The notes: a model not told the origin generated them from the letters alone. Shown: positions 10,953 to 20,638, numbered from the stretch's first letter. The stretch is DNA of 64,000 nucleotides from Myxococcales bacterium (GCA_043747615.1 JAYTOU010000086.1:1-64000), one strand, 5' to 3'. Numbers and translations: made by a program.

Positions 10953-12064
10953 GGCTCGATCATCCTGGCCACCTCGCGTGACGGAAAACGGCGCGGACCG
11001 AGGGTCGCCTCGACGTCGTCGCATGCCTTCAGAAATCGGGTGCGCTCGTCGAAGGCCTTACCCAGCGCCTCGGCAAGACGGCGCGGCCGCACGTCGCGCT
11101 GAAGGAGCTCGGGAAACACAGTCTGCCCGAGGAGGATGTTCGGGAGCGCGATCCGGGGGGTGGATCCGAGGAGCGCGCGAGCGGTGAGCTCGGTCAGGAG
11201 TCCCGTGCGGTAGACGACGATGGGGATCGCGCGAGCGAGCGTACTCTCGAGCGCCGCCGTGCCCGAGGCCGTAAGCGCGGCATCAAAGGCCTCGAGAACG
11301 GAGATCGCGCCGGCGTGAGCATCCACCAGAAATACGCCTACGTTTCTCGACGCGCCGAGCTCGAGCGCCCAGGCCCGGGTACGTGCATCGAGGCTCGGCG
11401 CAAGGAGGATTCTCGCGTCCACGCTGGCCCGCTCCTTACGAACGAGCTCGTACGCGTCGAGCATCGTCGGGAGGAGCGCTACGACTTCGTGGGGCCGGCT
11501 CCCCGGCATGATTGCCAGCGCAGAGGCGTACGGAGTGAGCCCGAGCGCGCGCCTCGCTGTGTCCCGATCCATCGTCGTCGTCTCGCGTGCGGGATGACCT
11601 ACGTAGTGTGCGTCGACCCCTGCGCTGCGCCACAGCTCCTCTTCGAACGGGAGGATCACCGCCATGCGATCGACCGAGCGGCGAAGCGTTGCCATGCGGC
11701 CCGGGCGCCACGCCCACACCTGCGGAGCCACATACCAGAGAACGCGAACGCCCGAGGAATGAAGGCTCTTCGCGAGATGCGAGTTGAACTCGCTGTAGTT
11801 GACGAGGAGCGCGGCCCGCGGCTTTCGCTTTCTCGCTGCGGACGCGATCCGCGCATGGGCAAGGGCGATCGGACCAGCCCGTGCGATCACTTCGCCGACC
11901 CCGAGCGCGGTGAGCGTTCGCAGATCGGCGACGACCTCCATGCCCGCGGCAGCAAGAGCGGGGCCGCCCAACCCAAACGCAGCGACGTTGCCGAGCGCCG
12001 ACATCACGTGCGCGGCCGCGCGATCCCCCGATGCTTCTCCGGCGACGACGAGGAGATCGGTCAT
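10931..12064 (-). CDS. lpxB: Lipid-A-disaccharide synthase
   Basis: VAGEASGD, YVAPQVWAWRPGR, ILPFEE, YVGHP, MPGSRPHEV, SGTAALE, IALPNILLG...PELLQ. Confidence 0.95.
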   Translation of the reverse strand: MTDLLVVAGEASGDRAAAHVMSALGNVAAFGLGGPALAAAGMEVVADLRTLTALGVGEVIARAGPIALAHARIASAARKRKPRAALLVNYSEFNSHLAKSLHSSGVRVLWYVAPQVWAWRPGRMATLRRSVDRMAVILPFEEELWRSAGVDAHYVGHPARETTTMDRDTARRALGLTPYASALAIMPGSRPHEVVALLPTMLDAYELVRKERASVDARILLAPSLDARTRAWALELGASRNVGVFLVDAHAGAISVLEAFDAALTASGTAALESTLARAIPIVVYRTGLLTELTARALLGSTPRIALPNILLGQTVFPELLQRDVRPRRLAEALGKAFDERTRFLKACDDVEATLGPRRFPSREVARMIEPWLKKTA

Positions 12065-13014
12065 CGCCTCGAATGACTGCGACGGCGGCTGGCCCGCGCC
12101 AAGCTGAGAGCTCCAAGAGCGCCGATCGCCACGAGCGCGCCGCCGGGCTCCGTGGTGCCGCCGCGCACGGCGCCGACGAGGCCGACCTGGCAGCCCTTCG
12201 CCGACGCGGGGACGCCGCAATCTTTCGTGAACCCGTGCCGCGGCGTTGGATCGCAGACATCCTCCGGGACGGAGCCGGTGTCGACGTTGCGCGTCCCGTT
12301 CGGCGGGTAGATCGCGCAGATGCCGCTCACGTCGTCGCTCGTCAAGTTGCGCATGGCAGTCGCGCCTTGCTTGTAGTGTGCAAACATCGTTGCGTGAGCG
12401 TCGGTGGAGTGCGCCAGACCCAGAAAATGACCTGTTTCGTGGGTGATGATGCTTGCGAAGTCGAAGCCGTCGGCGAGGATCGGGTCCTTGACCGTCAGGC
12501 GCTGCTGGGCCGTGTTGACCTCCATGTCCGCGTCGAAGATCTCTCCGGTGTCGGGGCTGAAGGTGACCGTGGTCAGCGCCAACGTATTGTTCGAATCCAT
12601 GTGGGTCCACGTGTCGTCACGGAAGGCGATCACGTGCTGGTTAGGGCCGTCCTTGTTGTACTCGACGGCGCCGCAAGCGACCGGGCCAAGATCGCGCACG
12701 TCGATGCTCACCAGCGACCTGCCCGTACCGTCCGTGGGGCAGCTCGTGCCCGTCCACTTGCCGAACGCGGCGGTCAATCCGGCCGCAGCGTCGTCATAGG
12801 AGACCTGGCGGCTCGCATCCTTTTGCAAGCTGTAGCCGACGCAGGCGTTCTTCCAGTAGAGAGGCTTGCCGATGGTGCAGCATTCCGTGCCCCCGATGGT
12901 GCACCCGTTGCGCAAACCGCCCGTCGACGTGCGGCAGAAAGCGTTTGCGCGGGGGCCAATCGTAAGGAGAGCCGCAAAGGTGAGCGCGGAGACGAAGAAG
13001 CGATCAGTTCGCAT
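12061..13014 (-). CDS. Secreted matrixin (M10-like) zinc metalloprotease with MYXO-CTERM-like tail
   Basis: Signal peptide; HETGHFLGLAHS (HExxHxxGxxH), ATM Met-turn, DDVSGICAIYP; C-terminal GC...hydrophobic helix...RRRSHSRR. Confidence 0.88.
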   Translation of the reverse strand: MRTDRFFVSALTFAALLTIGPRANAFCRTSTGGLRNGCTIGGTECCTIGKPLYWKNACVGYSLQKDASRQVSYDDAAAGLTAAFGKWTGTSCPTDGTGRSLVSIDVRDLGPVACGAVEYNKDGPNQHVIAFRDDTWTHMDSNNTLALTTVTFSPDTGEIFDADMEVNTAQQRLTVKDPILADGFDFASIITHETGHFLGLAHSTDAHATMFAHYKQGATAMRNLTSDDVSGICAIYPPNGTRNVDTGSVPEDVCDPTPRHGFTKDCGVPASAKGCQVGLVGAVRGGTTEPGGALVAIGALGALSLARASRRRSHSRR

Positions 13015-13597
13015 GCAGTCGCTTCCAGGTGCTCGCAACCTCGGCGGTGACGTCGTCGACCGGGCGGCCCTCGATCGCCTCCGAGGCCAGGCGCTGCGCC
13101 GCCGCGGACGGATGACGCAAGATCACTCCGGCGGAATTGTTTCTCGTGAAGAGGCGCTGCTTCTTGTCGGCACCGAGGGTGATGGGAAACTGCCCCTGGG
13201 CGCGCGCGGTGACGACGTGCACTCCGGCGTTGCCGCGGTCGGGGCGCAAGAAGAGGAGGCAAGGGACACCGATGTGAAGCACCGCTTCGCCGTCCACCGA
13301 TTGCCCGACGTCCCCCACGATTCCTCCGAGCGTCACCACCCAGGTGTTGGCGTTCGTCTTGAGCTCTCCGGCGACGGCGCTCTCCATGACGACACGCGTG
13401 TAGGTGACGATCCTCGGACCTTCCCATACCGCGTGCTGCTCGACGGGCGTAGCCACTCCGACCGAAGTCGTGTCTCGCACCAGAGCCTCGAACACCACGG
13501 CCGCAGAGACGGAGCCCCGGGCGTCCTGCGCTGCGAGACTCACGAAACTCGCAAAAAATAGCGCGATCAGCGCGGCGCGAAGAAAAAAACGGGGCAT
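13004..13597 (-). CDS. Secreted hypothetical protein (beta-rich, putative matrixin partner)
   Basis: Signal peptide MPRFFLRAALIALFFASFVSLAA; RIVTYTRV...TLGGIVGDVGQSVDG...LLFL pattern; stop overlaps the matrixin start. Confidence 0.75.
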   Translation of the reverse strand: MPRFFLRAALIALFFASFVSLAAQDARGSVSAAVVFEALVRDTTSVGVATPVEQHAVWEGPRIVTYTRVVMESAVAGELKTNANTWVVTLGGIVGDVGQSVDGEAVLHIGVPCLLFLRPDRGNAGVHVVTARAQGQFPITLGADKKQRLFTRNNSAGVILRHPSAAAQRLASEAIEGRPVDDVTAEVASTWKRLHAN

Positions 13598-13647
13598 CCT
13601 CGAACGATAGCACACGCGTTTCCGAGCCGCGCCGTGGGCAGACGGCG

Positions 13648-14721
13648 TTACCAGCGGACCAGCGCGCAACCCCAGTGGATGCCCGCGCCGAGCGCGAGGA
13701 ACATGTTCAGCTCGCCCCGCTTCAGTTTCCCGGCCCGCGTCTGCTCGTCGATCAAAATCGGGAGCGTCCCGGCGCTCGTGTTGCCGAAGCGATCGATGTT
13801 CATGGGCATCTTCTCGGACGGGACGCCGAGCTGTCCGCGGACGTACTCGTTGATGCGCTGGTTCGCCTGATGCGCGAGGAACCAATCGATTTGGTCGAGG
13901 GTGACGTTCTCTTCCTGCGCGAGGTCGCGCGCCGTCCTCGGGAGCTTGGTCACCGCGAACTTGAACAGCTCCTTTCCATCCATGCGCGGGATGTAGGCTT
14001 CCTCTTCGTACATATCGGGCTTCCAGTACGGGCGCGTTCGGAAGCCGCCACCGGGAACGTAGAGGGACTTCGCGAAGCGACCGTCGGAATGAATCTTCAG
14101 TCCGCGCAGGCCCGCGTCGCGATCGGTGGCGCGAAAGAGGAGGGCGCCCGCACCGTCACCGAAGAGGACGGCGAGCGCGCGGTGGCGATTGGCCTTTGCG
14201 CGTGCCTCGGGGGACACAGCGCGCTTGTTTTTCGGGTCGAGCGCGGCCCAATCTTCCCACGGCATGAAGCCGGCATGGGCCTCGGCGCCGACGAAGAGGA
14301 TCGTCTTCGCCGCTCCGGTCTTGATGAGACCGTTGATCATCTGCAGTCCGAAGATCATGGCTGCGCACTGCTGGCGAATGTCGAGCGCGGGCACTCCTTC
14401 GATGCCGAGCTTGGCCCCGAGAAGCGCGCCAGATCCCGGGAAAATATAGTCCGGAGTCATGGTCGCGAAGAGAATGTAGTCGATCTCTTTTGCGCTGATG
14501 CCCGCGGCCTCGATGGCTCGCTTCGACGCCTCGAGACCGAGATCGCTCGCCCCCACGCCCTCGGGCGCGAAATGCCGTTGGCGAATTCCGGAGCGCTGGA
14601 AGATCCACTCGTCGGAGGTGTCCATCACCCGCGACAGATCCTCGTTCGTGACCGGCTCGCCGGGAACGTGATGTCCCGTCCCGATGACTTCGAAGCCTAG
14701 CTGAGAACAGTCTTTTGCCAC
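13648..14721 (-). CDS. fabH: 3-oxoacyl-ACP synthase III family protein
   Basis: DTSDEWIFQRSGI, catalytic Cys (QQCAA), LFGDGAGA, His (AHQAN), Asn (FGNTSAG), GAGIHWG. Confidence 0.93.
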   Translation of the reverse strand: MAKDCSQLGFEVIGTGHHVPGEPVTNEDLSRVMDTSDEWIFQRSGIRQRHFAPEGVGASDLGLEASKRAIEAAGISAKEIDYILFATMTPDYIFPGSGALLGAKLGIEGVPALDIRQQCAAMIFGLQMINGLIKTGAAKTILFVGAEAHAGFMPWEDWAALDPKNKRAVSPEARAKANRHRALAVLFGDGAGALLFRATDRDAGLRGLKIHSDGRFAKSLYVPGGGFRTRPYWKPDMYEEEAYIPRMDGKELFKFAVTKLPRTARDLAQEENVTLDQIDWFLAHQANQRINEYVRGQLGVPSEKMPMNIDRFGNTSAGTLPILIDEQTRAGKLKRGELNMFLALGAGIHWGCALVRW

Positions 14722-14772
14722 GATACCGCAGAATTTAGCCGAAATTACGGGTTTTGGCGAATCACGAAACGG

Positions 14773-15672
14773 TCATGAGCGGCGCGCGAGGCCGAGGACG
14801 GTCAGGGTCTCCTCGGAGCGTCGCATCGTCACCACGTCGCCCAGGGTGACGTCGTGCATGATGTGGTGTCCGTCGAGAAAGAGCTTGGCGTTGCGCATCT
14901 TGCTGCGAAGGACGACCGTGCCGCCTTCGTCGACGAGGGCCGTAGCCAGCTTGAACGTCGCTCCGAAGCGAATGTAGGGCTCACGCACCACCACTTGAAT
15001 TTTTGGCGAGGTGAGCGGGAGGACCTTGCCGCCTGCGCTCCTTTGCGCTGCCGTCGAGCCTGCGGCGGGGCCGATCCAGAGTCCGCTCGAGCGTTGATCT
15101 TCCTCCGCGGCGGCTCCTCCCGGCTGCACCACGCGCAAGATGTACCGCGAGGTCGCCGCCGGAGACTCGTGGCAGTAGAGCGCCTCGTTGAGGACGCGGC
15201 GATGCAAGCACTGATCGTTCAGATCCACCCGCATCCGGGAGAGCTGTGCGCGCTTCAAGCTGCCGTCGAGAGCGGAGGCGAGGGTGGCTTCGACGGTTCC
15301 TTTTTTTGCTGCGCAGAAAAAGCCAACGGAGGTGTCCGGTGCGCTGTTCACGCCGAGGAGGGGACTCTTTGCGTCGACGTTGTGTGACGCCGCGAGGAGC
15401 GTTCCGTCACCACCTACCGTCACCACCAGATCGTGCGGACCTTCGACGAGCGTGCGCGGACCGATGAAGAGCTCGAAGTCTGCTCCGAGCTTCTCCAGCG
15501 CGGCCCGCACCTCGCGCACCGTCTCTTCATGATCGTCGTGGGTGCGACGCATGCGCTTCACCGAAGGATCACCCTTGGCGAGGAGACGGGTGACCTGCTC
15601 GTCGTGCTGCTCCTCCACGAGCGTGCGGTACGACGTGCGCTTGACGAGAACGAGAACGCGTTTCTTCTTCAC
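14773..15672 (-). CDS. nadK: NAD(+)/NADH kinase
   Basis: VGGDGTLL, GVNS, VLNE, GSTA...SAGG. Confidence 0.9.
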   Translation of the reverse strand: MKKKRVLVLVKRTSYRTLVEEQHDEQVTRLLAKGDPSVKRMRRTHDDHEETVREVRAALEKLGADFELFIGPRTLVEGPHDLVVTVGGDGTLLAASHNVDAKSPLLGVNSAPDTSVGFFCAAKKGTVEATLASALDGSLKRAQLSRMRVDLNDQCLHRRVLNEALYCHESPAATSRYILRVVQPGGAAAEEDQRSSGLWIGPAAGSTAAQRSAGGKVLPLTSPKIQVVVREPYIRFGATFKLATALVDEGGTVVLRSKMRNAKLFLDGHHIMHDVTLGDVVTMRRSEETLTVLGLARRS

Positions 15673-16322
15673 TCGAGCTCCGCGAAGCGACGAAGTGCGA
15701 GCTCCGTCTTCGAGTCACGCAAATGTCCTGCGCGCGCGTGCGCGAGAGCCTCCTGCAAGGGGATGGCGATCAAACGAGCGCCCCTCTCGAGCGGCGAGCC
15801 ATCTTCTCCGGGTGTGGTCAGCGCGCTCGGATCGACTTTGACGTGAAAGAAGACGTGCCGTTCGCCGATCATTCCGGGAGAAGGGTACGCCCATGGTCCG
15901 AGCTCGCGCATGGCCTCGGGCGACACGGTCGCGCCCAGCTCCTCTTGAAGCTCGCGCACCGCTGCCTCGCGCGGCACTTCTCCGGGGTCGATCATCCCGG
16001 CAACGCACTCCCACATTCCGGGCTCGGCGAAGGGGGGAAGCTCACGCAAGGCGAGGGGAGGGCGGACGGCCGATCGCAAGTAAACGAGCGTCTCGCTCCC
16101 TTTTTTTGCGTACGCCACAACCACCACGGCATCGAGCGCGCGCCGCGATCCAGTGTCGTACGAGAAAGCTTCGCTCGCCGAGCCGTCCGGGTAGCGAGCA
16201 ATCAAGGTCAGTCGACGGATGTTCAAGAACCCGCCGCTCGCGGACGCGCCGGGCGTGTGGTCCTCGGCGATCTCGAGACGGATGTCGGGGAGCGGCGGAA
16301 GCTCACGCAGATCGCCTGGCAC
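15669..16322 (-). CDS. NUDIX hydrolase (ADP-ribose pyrophosphatase-like)
   Basis: Nudix box GMIDPGEVPREAAVRELQEELG; YPSPG; DSKT. Confidence 0.88.
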   Translation of the reverse strand: MPGDLRELPPLPDIRLEIAEDHTPGASASGGFLNIRRLTLIARYPDGSASEAFSYDTGSRRALDAVVVVAYAKKGSETLVYLRSAVRPPLALRELPPFAEPGMWECVAGMIDPGEVPREAAVRELQEELGATVSPEAMRELGPWAYPSPGMIGERHVFFHVKVDPSALTTPGEDGSPLERGARLIAIPLQEALAHARAGHLRDSKTELALRRFAELE

Positions 16323-16619
16323 GTGCTCAAATTACTCCGTTTCTTACGCATGCCAATCATTGACCGGCGTTCCCGCGGAAAAGGATACGTTCGAGGGGCG
16401 TGGACGACCCTCCGCCATACCGGCCCCCGCACCGAGGGTCCTGCTCGCGCTCGCCGCCGACGTGACCTTTGTCGTGGCCGCGCTGCGCCGCTGAGCGGAA
16501 TAGGGGGGTGAAGGTGCTGGTTAATCCACTAGAATGGTGACGACGAAGTCCAGCTGACCCGTCCCACGAACCGAACGGGGAACTTTGGGCCGCGTCGAAC
16601 GTCTTAGGCACTGCAGGAG

Positions 16620-18623
16620 ATGACGAAAAACGAGTCCGAGCCCCACGTCACGAGCGCGTCCCGTCAGATCGACGCGATCGAGCGGCCAGCAAGTCACGCG
16701 GAGCGTCGGCTTCGCGCGGCCCGGGCCCTCGCGTGGGGAACGACGGCGCTCGCGGTGGGCCTCGCGCTCGCGGCGGTGGTCCTGGCTCTCCGAAAAACGG
16801 ACGTGCTCGGCGAACGTGCGGCCCGCGTGCTCCTCCTCCTTGCGCTGCTCGAGGTCGTGTCGCTCGCGGTCGTTGCCTACGTTCGCCCACTCCCCATGCG
16901 CGCGGGGGCGGTTGCACTCGATCGTTTTCACGCCCTCGCCGATCGGCTCTCGAGCGCGCTGTCGTTCGCGGCGCTGACCGACCGCACGCCCTTCATGGAC
17001 GCGGCGATCGACGACGCGCTCGGGATGGCCGGTAAGGTCGATCCGAAAAAAGCGGTGCCGATCCCCGTGCCGCGGGATTTGCCGCTCGCAGCCGGCCTCG
17101 CTCTCGCCGTTCTCGCCCTCCTTCTCTTCGAGGTGCGCCGTCACGATCCGGTGATCTCTGCCCGGCAGATCGACGCGGTCGACGTCACCCCGGACGATCT
17201 CGACGCGATGCGCGAATTCTTGCGCGAGATGGAGCGGAAAGCAGAAACGGACGAGGCGAAGCAGGCCACCCAAGAGTTCAATCAATTGATCGAAGATTTG
17301 GCTGCCAAACGCCTGGATCGCACCGAGGCCTTCCGCAAGATGCAGGCCCTCGAAGAGAAGCTGCTCGAAGGGCGCGAGGCCGATCACAAGGCGCTCGAAG
17401 ATGCGCTCGCCAAGATGGGCGAAGAGATGAAGAAGAGCGAGCTGTCGAAGCCCGCCGGTGAGGCGCTGGAGACCAAGAACCTCGCGCTCGCAGAAAAAGC
17501 GCTTCACGATCTTGCGAAGAAGCTCCGCGAGCAGGGAAAAAATATCGACAAAGCGCAGCTCGAAAAGATGCGCGACGCGCTGAAGAAGGCCTCCCAGGAT
17601 CAGGCGGCGAAGCAGCAGGCGATCGCCGAGCGCCGCGAAGAGCTCCAGAAGCAGCTCCTTCAGCAGAAACAGAAGCAGGGGGACGCCGGAGCGAGCGACG
17701 AAGAGAAGAGCCTGCTCCAGAAAAAAGAGCGCGAGCTCGAGCGTCTCGACCGCGAGCAGAAGGAGCAAGAGGCCGCCGGACGCCAGCTCGATCGTCTCGA
17801 CCGTGAGCTCGCGCAAGCCGCCGAAGATTTGATGAAGGACCTCGGCCTATCGGCAAACGATCTCGACAAGGGCGCCGAGGACATCAACCGGATGGCCAAG
17901 GAGGAAATGAGCCAAGAGGAGAAGCAGGAGCTTCGTCAAAAGCTCCAAGAGCTCCGCGAGATGCTCCGCCAGCAGGGCCAGGGCGGTCAGCAGCAGATGG
18001 TGAGGCTCCGCCGCTTCCAGCAGCGCGCACGCGGCGGCAAGGGCGGCCAAGGCGGCCAATCGCAGGGGCAAGGCGAGCAACAAGGCCAGGGCCAAGAGGG
18101 CCAGGACGGTCAGCAAGGGCAAAACGGCCAAGGCCAGGGTCAACAAGGCCAAGGCCAACAAGGTCAGGGTCAGGGACAAGGCCAAGGCCAAGGTCAGGGA
18201 CAAGGCCAAGGCGGCCAGACCTGGGTCCTCGGACCGAACGGCGAAAAAATTCTCATGCTCTCGCAGGGCCAAGGCCAAGGTCAGGGGCAAGGGCAGAACG
18301 GCGGTCAGGGGCAGGGCGGTAGTCCCAATCCGCACGGCTGGGGCACGGGGCACGACGGCCAGGTACAGGGCGGCGCCACCAACCCCAAAGTCGGCACCCA
18401 AGACACGCAGGTCGCCGGCCAGGACACCGGGCAAGGCGCGAGCCGGAGCGAAGTCATCCAGGGCGCGGCCGAGCGGGGATTCGCCTCGCGCGGCTACACC
18501 AAAGTCTACCGCGAGTACCATACCGTCGCCGAAGAGGCGCTCAACAAGGACGAGATCCCGGGCGGCTATCGTTTCTACGTCCGGCGGTATTTCCAGCTGA
18601 TTCGCCCGCGCGACAATCCGTAA
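16620..18623 (+). CDS. Membrane-anchored coiled-coil protein with Gly/Gln low-complexity region (first gene of MoxR cluster)
   Basis: SD AGGAG; N-terminal TM helices, DRLSSAL, long E/K/Q-rich heptads, GQ-rich tract, C-terminal IPGGYRFYVRRYF. Confidence 0.82.
   Translation: MTKNESEPHVTSASRQIDAIERPASHAERRLRAARALAWGTTALAVGLALAAVVLALRKTDVLGERAARVLLLLALLEVVSLAVVAYVRPLPMRAGAVALDRFHALADRLSSALSFAALTDRTPFMDAAIDDALGMAGKVDPKKAVPIPVPRDLPLAAGLALAVLALLLFEVRRHDPVISARQIDAVDVTPDDLDAMREFLREMERKAETDEAKQATQEFNQLIEDLAAKRLDRTEAFRKMQALEEKLLEGREADHKALEDALAKMGEEMKKSELSKPAGEALETKNLALAEKALHDLAKKLREQGKNIDKAQLEKMRDALKKASQDQAAKQQAIAERREELQKQLLQQKQKQGDAGASDEEKSLLQKKERELERLDREQKEQEAAGRQLDRLDRELAQAAEDLMKDLGLSANDLDKGAEDINRMAKEEMSQEEKQELRQKLQELREMLRQQGQGGQQQMVRLRRFQQRARGGKGGQGGQSQGQGEQQGQGQEGQDGQQGQNGQGQGQQGQGQQGQGQGQGQGQGQGQGQGGQTWVLGPNGEKILMLSQGQGQGQGQGQNGGQGQGGSPNPHGWGTGHDGQVQGGATNPKVGTQDTQVAGQDTGQGASRSEVIQGAAERGFASRGYTKVYREYHTVAEEALNKDEIPGGYRFYVRRYFQLIRPRDNP
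18036..18320 (+). repeat. Degenerate hexamer (CAAGGC/CAGGGC) repeat encoding a (QG)n tract
   Basis: GGQGGQSQGQGEQQGQGQ...GQGQGQGQGQGQGQGQGG with synonymous codon variation. Confidence 0.85.
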
Positions 18624-18645
18624 CGAAAATAAAGGACCGTCATCC

Positions 18646-19713
18646 ATGAGTGAGATCCAGAGCGACGCGAACGACGTGCGGGCGCAGGTGGAGAGTTTCA
18701 GAAAAACGATCGGCGAGCTTCGTGAAGAAATCGCGAAGACCATCGTCGGCAACCTCGACGTCGTCGACGGAGTCCTCACGTGCATGCTGGCCGGCGGTCA
18801 CGCGCTCCTCGAAGGCGTCCCTGGCCTCGGCAAGACGATGCTCGTGAAGTCCATGTCGGAGGCAATGAACCTCGAGTTTTCGCGTGTCCAGTTCACGCCC
18901 GACCTGATGCCAGCGGACATTCTCGGCACCACCGTCATCAACGAAACGGTTGCGGGCGCAAAGGCATTCGAGTTTCGAAAAGGGCCTATTTTTGCGAACA
19001 TCGTGCTCGCCGACGAGATCAACCGGGCCACGCCGAAGACGCAGTCGGCGCTCCTCGAGGCGATGCAAGAGCATCGCGTCACCGTCGGAAAAAAGACGTA
19101 CACGCTCGACGAGCCCTTCGTGGTTCTCGCCACCCAGAACCCGCTCGAGATGGAAGGGACGTACCCGCTTCCGGAAGCGCAGCTCGATCGCTTTCTCTTC
19201 AAGCTCCACGTTCTTTTTCCGAACCGCGAGGAGCTCCACAAGATCCTGGATCTGACGACAGGCACGCGCCCCGAGCGAGGCCGAGCCGTGGTCAGCCGCG
19301 AAGAAATTCTCACGATGCAGGAGCTGGTGCGAAAGGTTCCGGTTGCCCGCCACGTGCAGGACTACGCGATCCGTGTCGTGCAGGCGACGCACCAAGACGG
19401 CCCCGACGCGCCAGACCTCGCGAGGCGATTCGTCCGTTTCGGTGCGTCTCCGCGCGGCGCGCAAGCCGTGCTCCTGGCCTCGAAAATCCGTGCGCTCTTC
19501 GAGGGGCGTTTTGCAGCGAGCGTCGACGACGTGCGCGCGGTCGCTCTGCCCGCCCTCCGTCACCGCGTGCTCCTCAACTTCGAAGGTGAAGCCGAAGGCA
19601 TCAAGACCGATCAGGTGATCAGCGAGATCCTCAAGCTCGTGCCGGAGACGAAGACGATGAAGGGCTCGAGCGACGAAGGCGCAAGGAAGGGTTCCCAACT
19701 TGGGGCTGCTTGA
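18646..19713 (+). CDS. moxR: MoxR-family AAA+ ATPase
   Basis: LLEGVPGLGKT, RVQFTPDLMPADI, LADEINRATPKTQSALLEAMQE, ATQNPLEMEGTYPLPEAQLDRF, GASPR, LRHR. Confidence 0.96.
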   Translation: MSEIQSDANDVRAQVESFRKTIGELREEIAKTIVGNLDVVDGVLTCMLAGGHALLEGVPGLGKTMLVKSMSEAMNLEFSRVQFTPDLMPADILGTTVINETVAGAKAFEFRKGPIFANIVLADEINRATPKTQSALLEAMQEHRVTVGKKTYTLDEPFVVLATQNPLEMEGTYPLPEAQLDRFLFKLHVLFPNREELHKILDLTTGTRPERGRAVVSREEILTMQELVRKVPVARHVQDYAIRVVQATHQDGPDAPDLARRFVRFGASPRGAQAVLLASKIRALFEGRFAASVDDVRAVALPALRHRVLLNFEGEAEGIKTDQVISEILKLVPETKTMKGSSDEGARKGSQLGAA

Positions 19714-20638
19714 TCTCCTTCGTCGCGGCCCCGCTTCCGTCCGGAGCGGGTCGAAGGCCGACGACGATCTCTTTGACGACGATTTTCAGCGAAAGCTCGA
19801 CTACCTCGCCATCGTGAGCCGTCGCGTCTTCGCGGGGCGCATGCGCGCCGAGCGTCGAACGAAGAAGAGCGGCAGCGGGGTGGAGTTCGCCGATCACCGC
19901 GAATACCAGCCCGGCGACGATTTCCGTTACCTCGATTGGAACGTCTACCAGCGCTTCGATAAACTGCTCCTCCGCCTCTACGAAGAGGAAGAAGATCTTG
20001 CGATCTACTTCATCATCGATGCGTCCGGCTCGATGGCTTTCGGAGACGGCAAGAAGCTGCGTTACGCCAAGCGCATCTGCGCCGCTCTTGCGTACGTGGG
20101 GCTCGCCAACCTCGATCGCGTGTGCATCGTCTCGACCAGCGACAAAGTAATGGAGCGCATGCCCGAGACGCGAGGCAAGGCGCGCATCTTCAAGGTGTTC
20201 CGATTCTTGAAGGAGCTCGAGCCCGCCGGCGCGACGAACCTCGAGGACGCCCTCAAGACGTTCGTGGCTCAACACAAGCGCCGCGGGCTCGCAGTTCTCA
20301 TCAGCGATCTTTACGATCCCGCCGGTTTCGAAAAAGGGATCAACGTGCTCCGCTACAATAAGTTCGATCCTTTCGTCGTCCACGTGGTGGATCCCGGCGA
20401 GGAAAAGCCGAAGCTCTTCGGAGACGTACTCCTCTACGACTGCGAGACGGGAGACGAGCGCGAGGTCACGGTCACCGCCAAAGTGCTCGATCGCTTCAAG
20501 GAGATTCATCGCGAATATACGCAGGAGATCGAGCGCTTTTGTTCGACGCGGCAGGTGCCGTATACCCGCGCGGACGTGAACGTTCCGTTCGACGAGCTCA
20601 TTCTCCGTGTCTTCCGGCGCGGCGGATTCCTGAGATAA
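19700..20638 (+). CDS. DUF58 domain protein
   Basis: GSGVEFADHREYQPGDDFRYLDWN, IDASGSM, LISDL. Confidence 0.93.
   Translation: MGLLDLLRRGPASVRSGSKADDDLFDDDFQRKLDYLAIVSRRVFAGRMRAERRTKKSGSGVEFADHREYQPGDDFRYLDWNVYQRFDKLLLRLYEEEEDLAIYFIIDASGSMAFGDGKKLRYAKRICAALAYVGLANLDRVCIVSTSDKVMERMPETRGKARIFKVFRFLKELEPAGATNLEDALKTFVAQHKRRGLAVLISDLYDPAGFEKGINVLRYNKFDPFVVHVVDPGEEKPKLFGDVLLYDCETGDEREVTVTAKVLDRFKEIHREYTQEIERFCSTRQVPYTRADVNVPFDELILRVFRRGGFLR

Noticed and set aside
16323..16619. Small gene or ncRNA in the 300-bp gap between the NUDIX gene and the MoxR cluster
   Set aside because: A short hydrophobic frame (RVLLALAADVTFVVAALRR) has no convincing start or SD, and no recognisable RNA motif is present; probably a divergent promoter region.
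18036..18320. Repeat tract as a CRISPR array or contingency locus
   Set aside because: No constant repeat with unique spacers; it is an in-frame degenerate codon repeat in multiples of three, and no cas genes are present.
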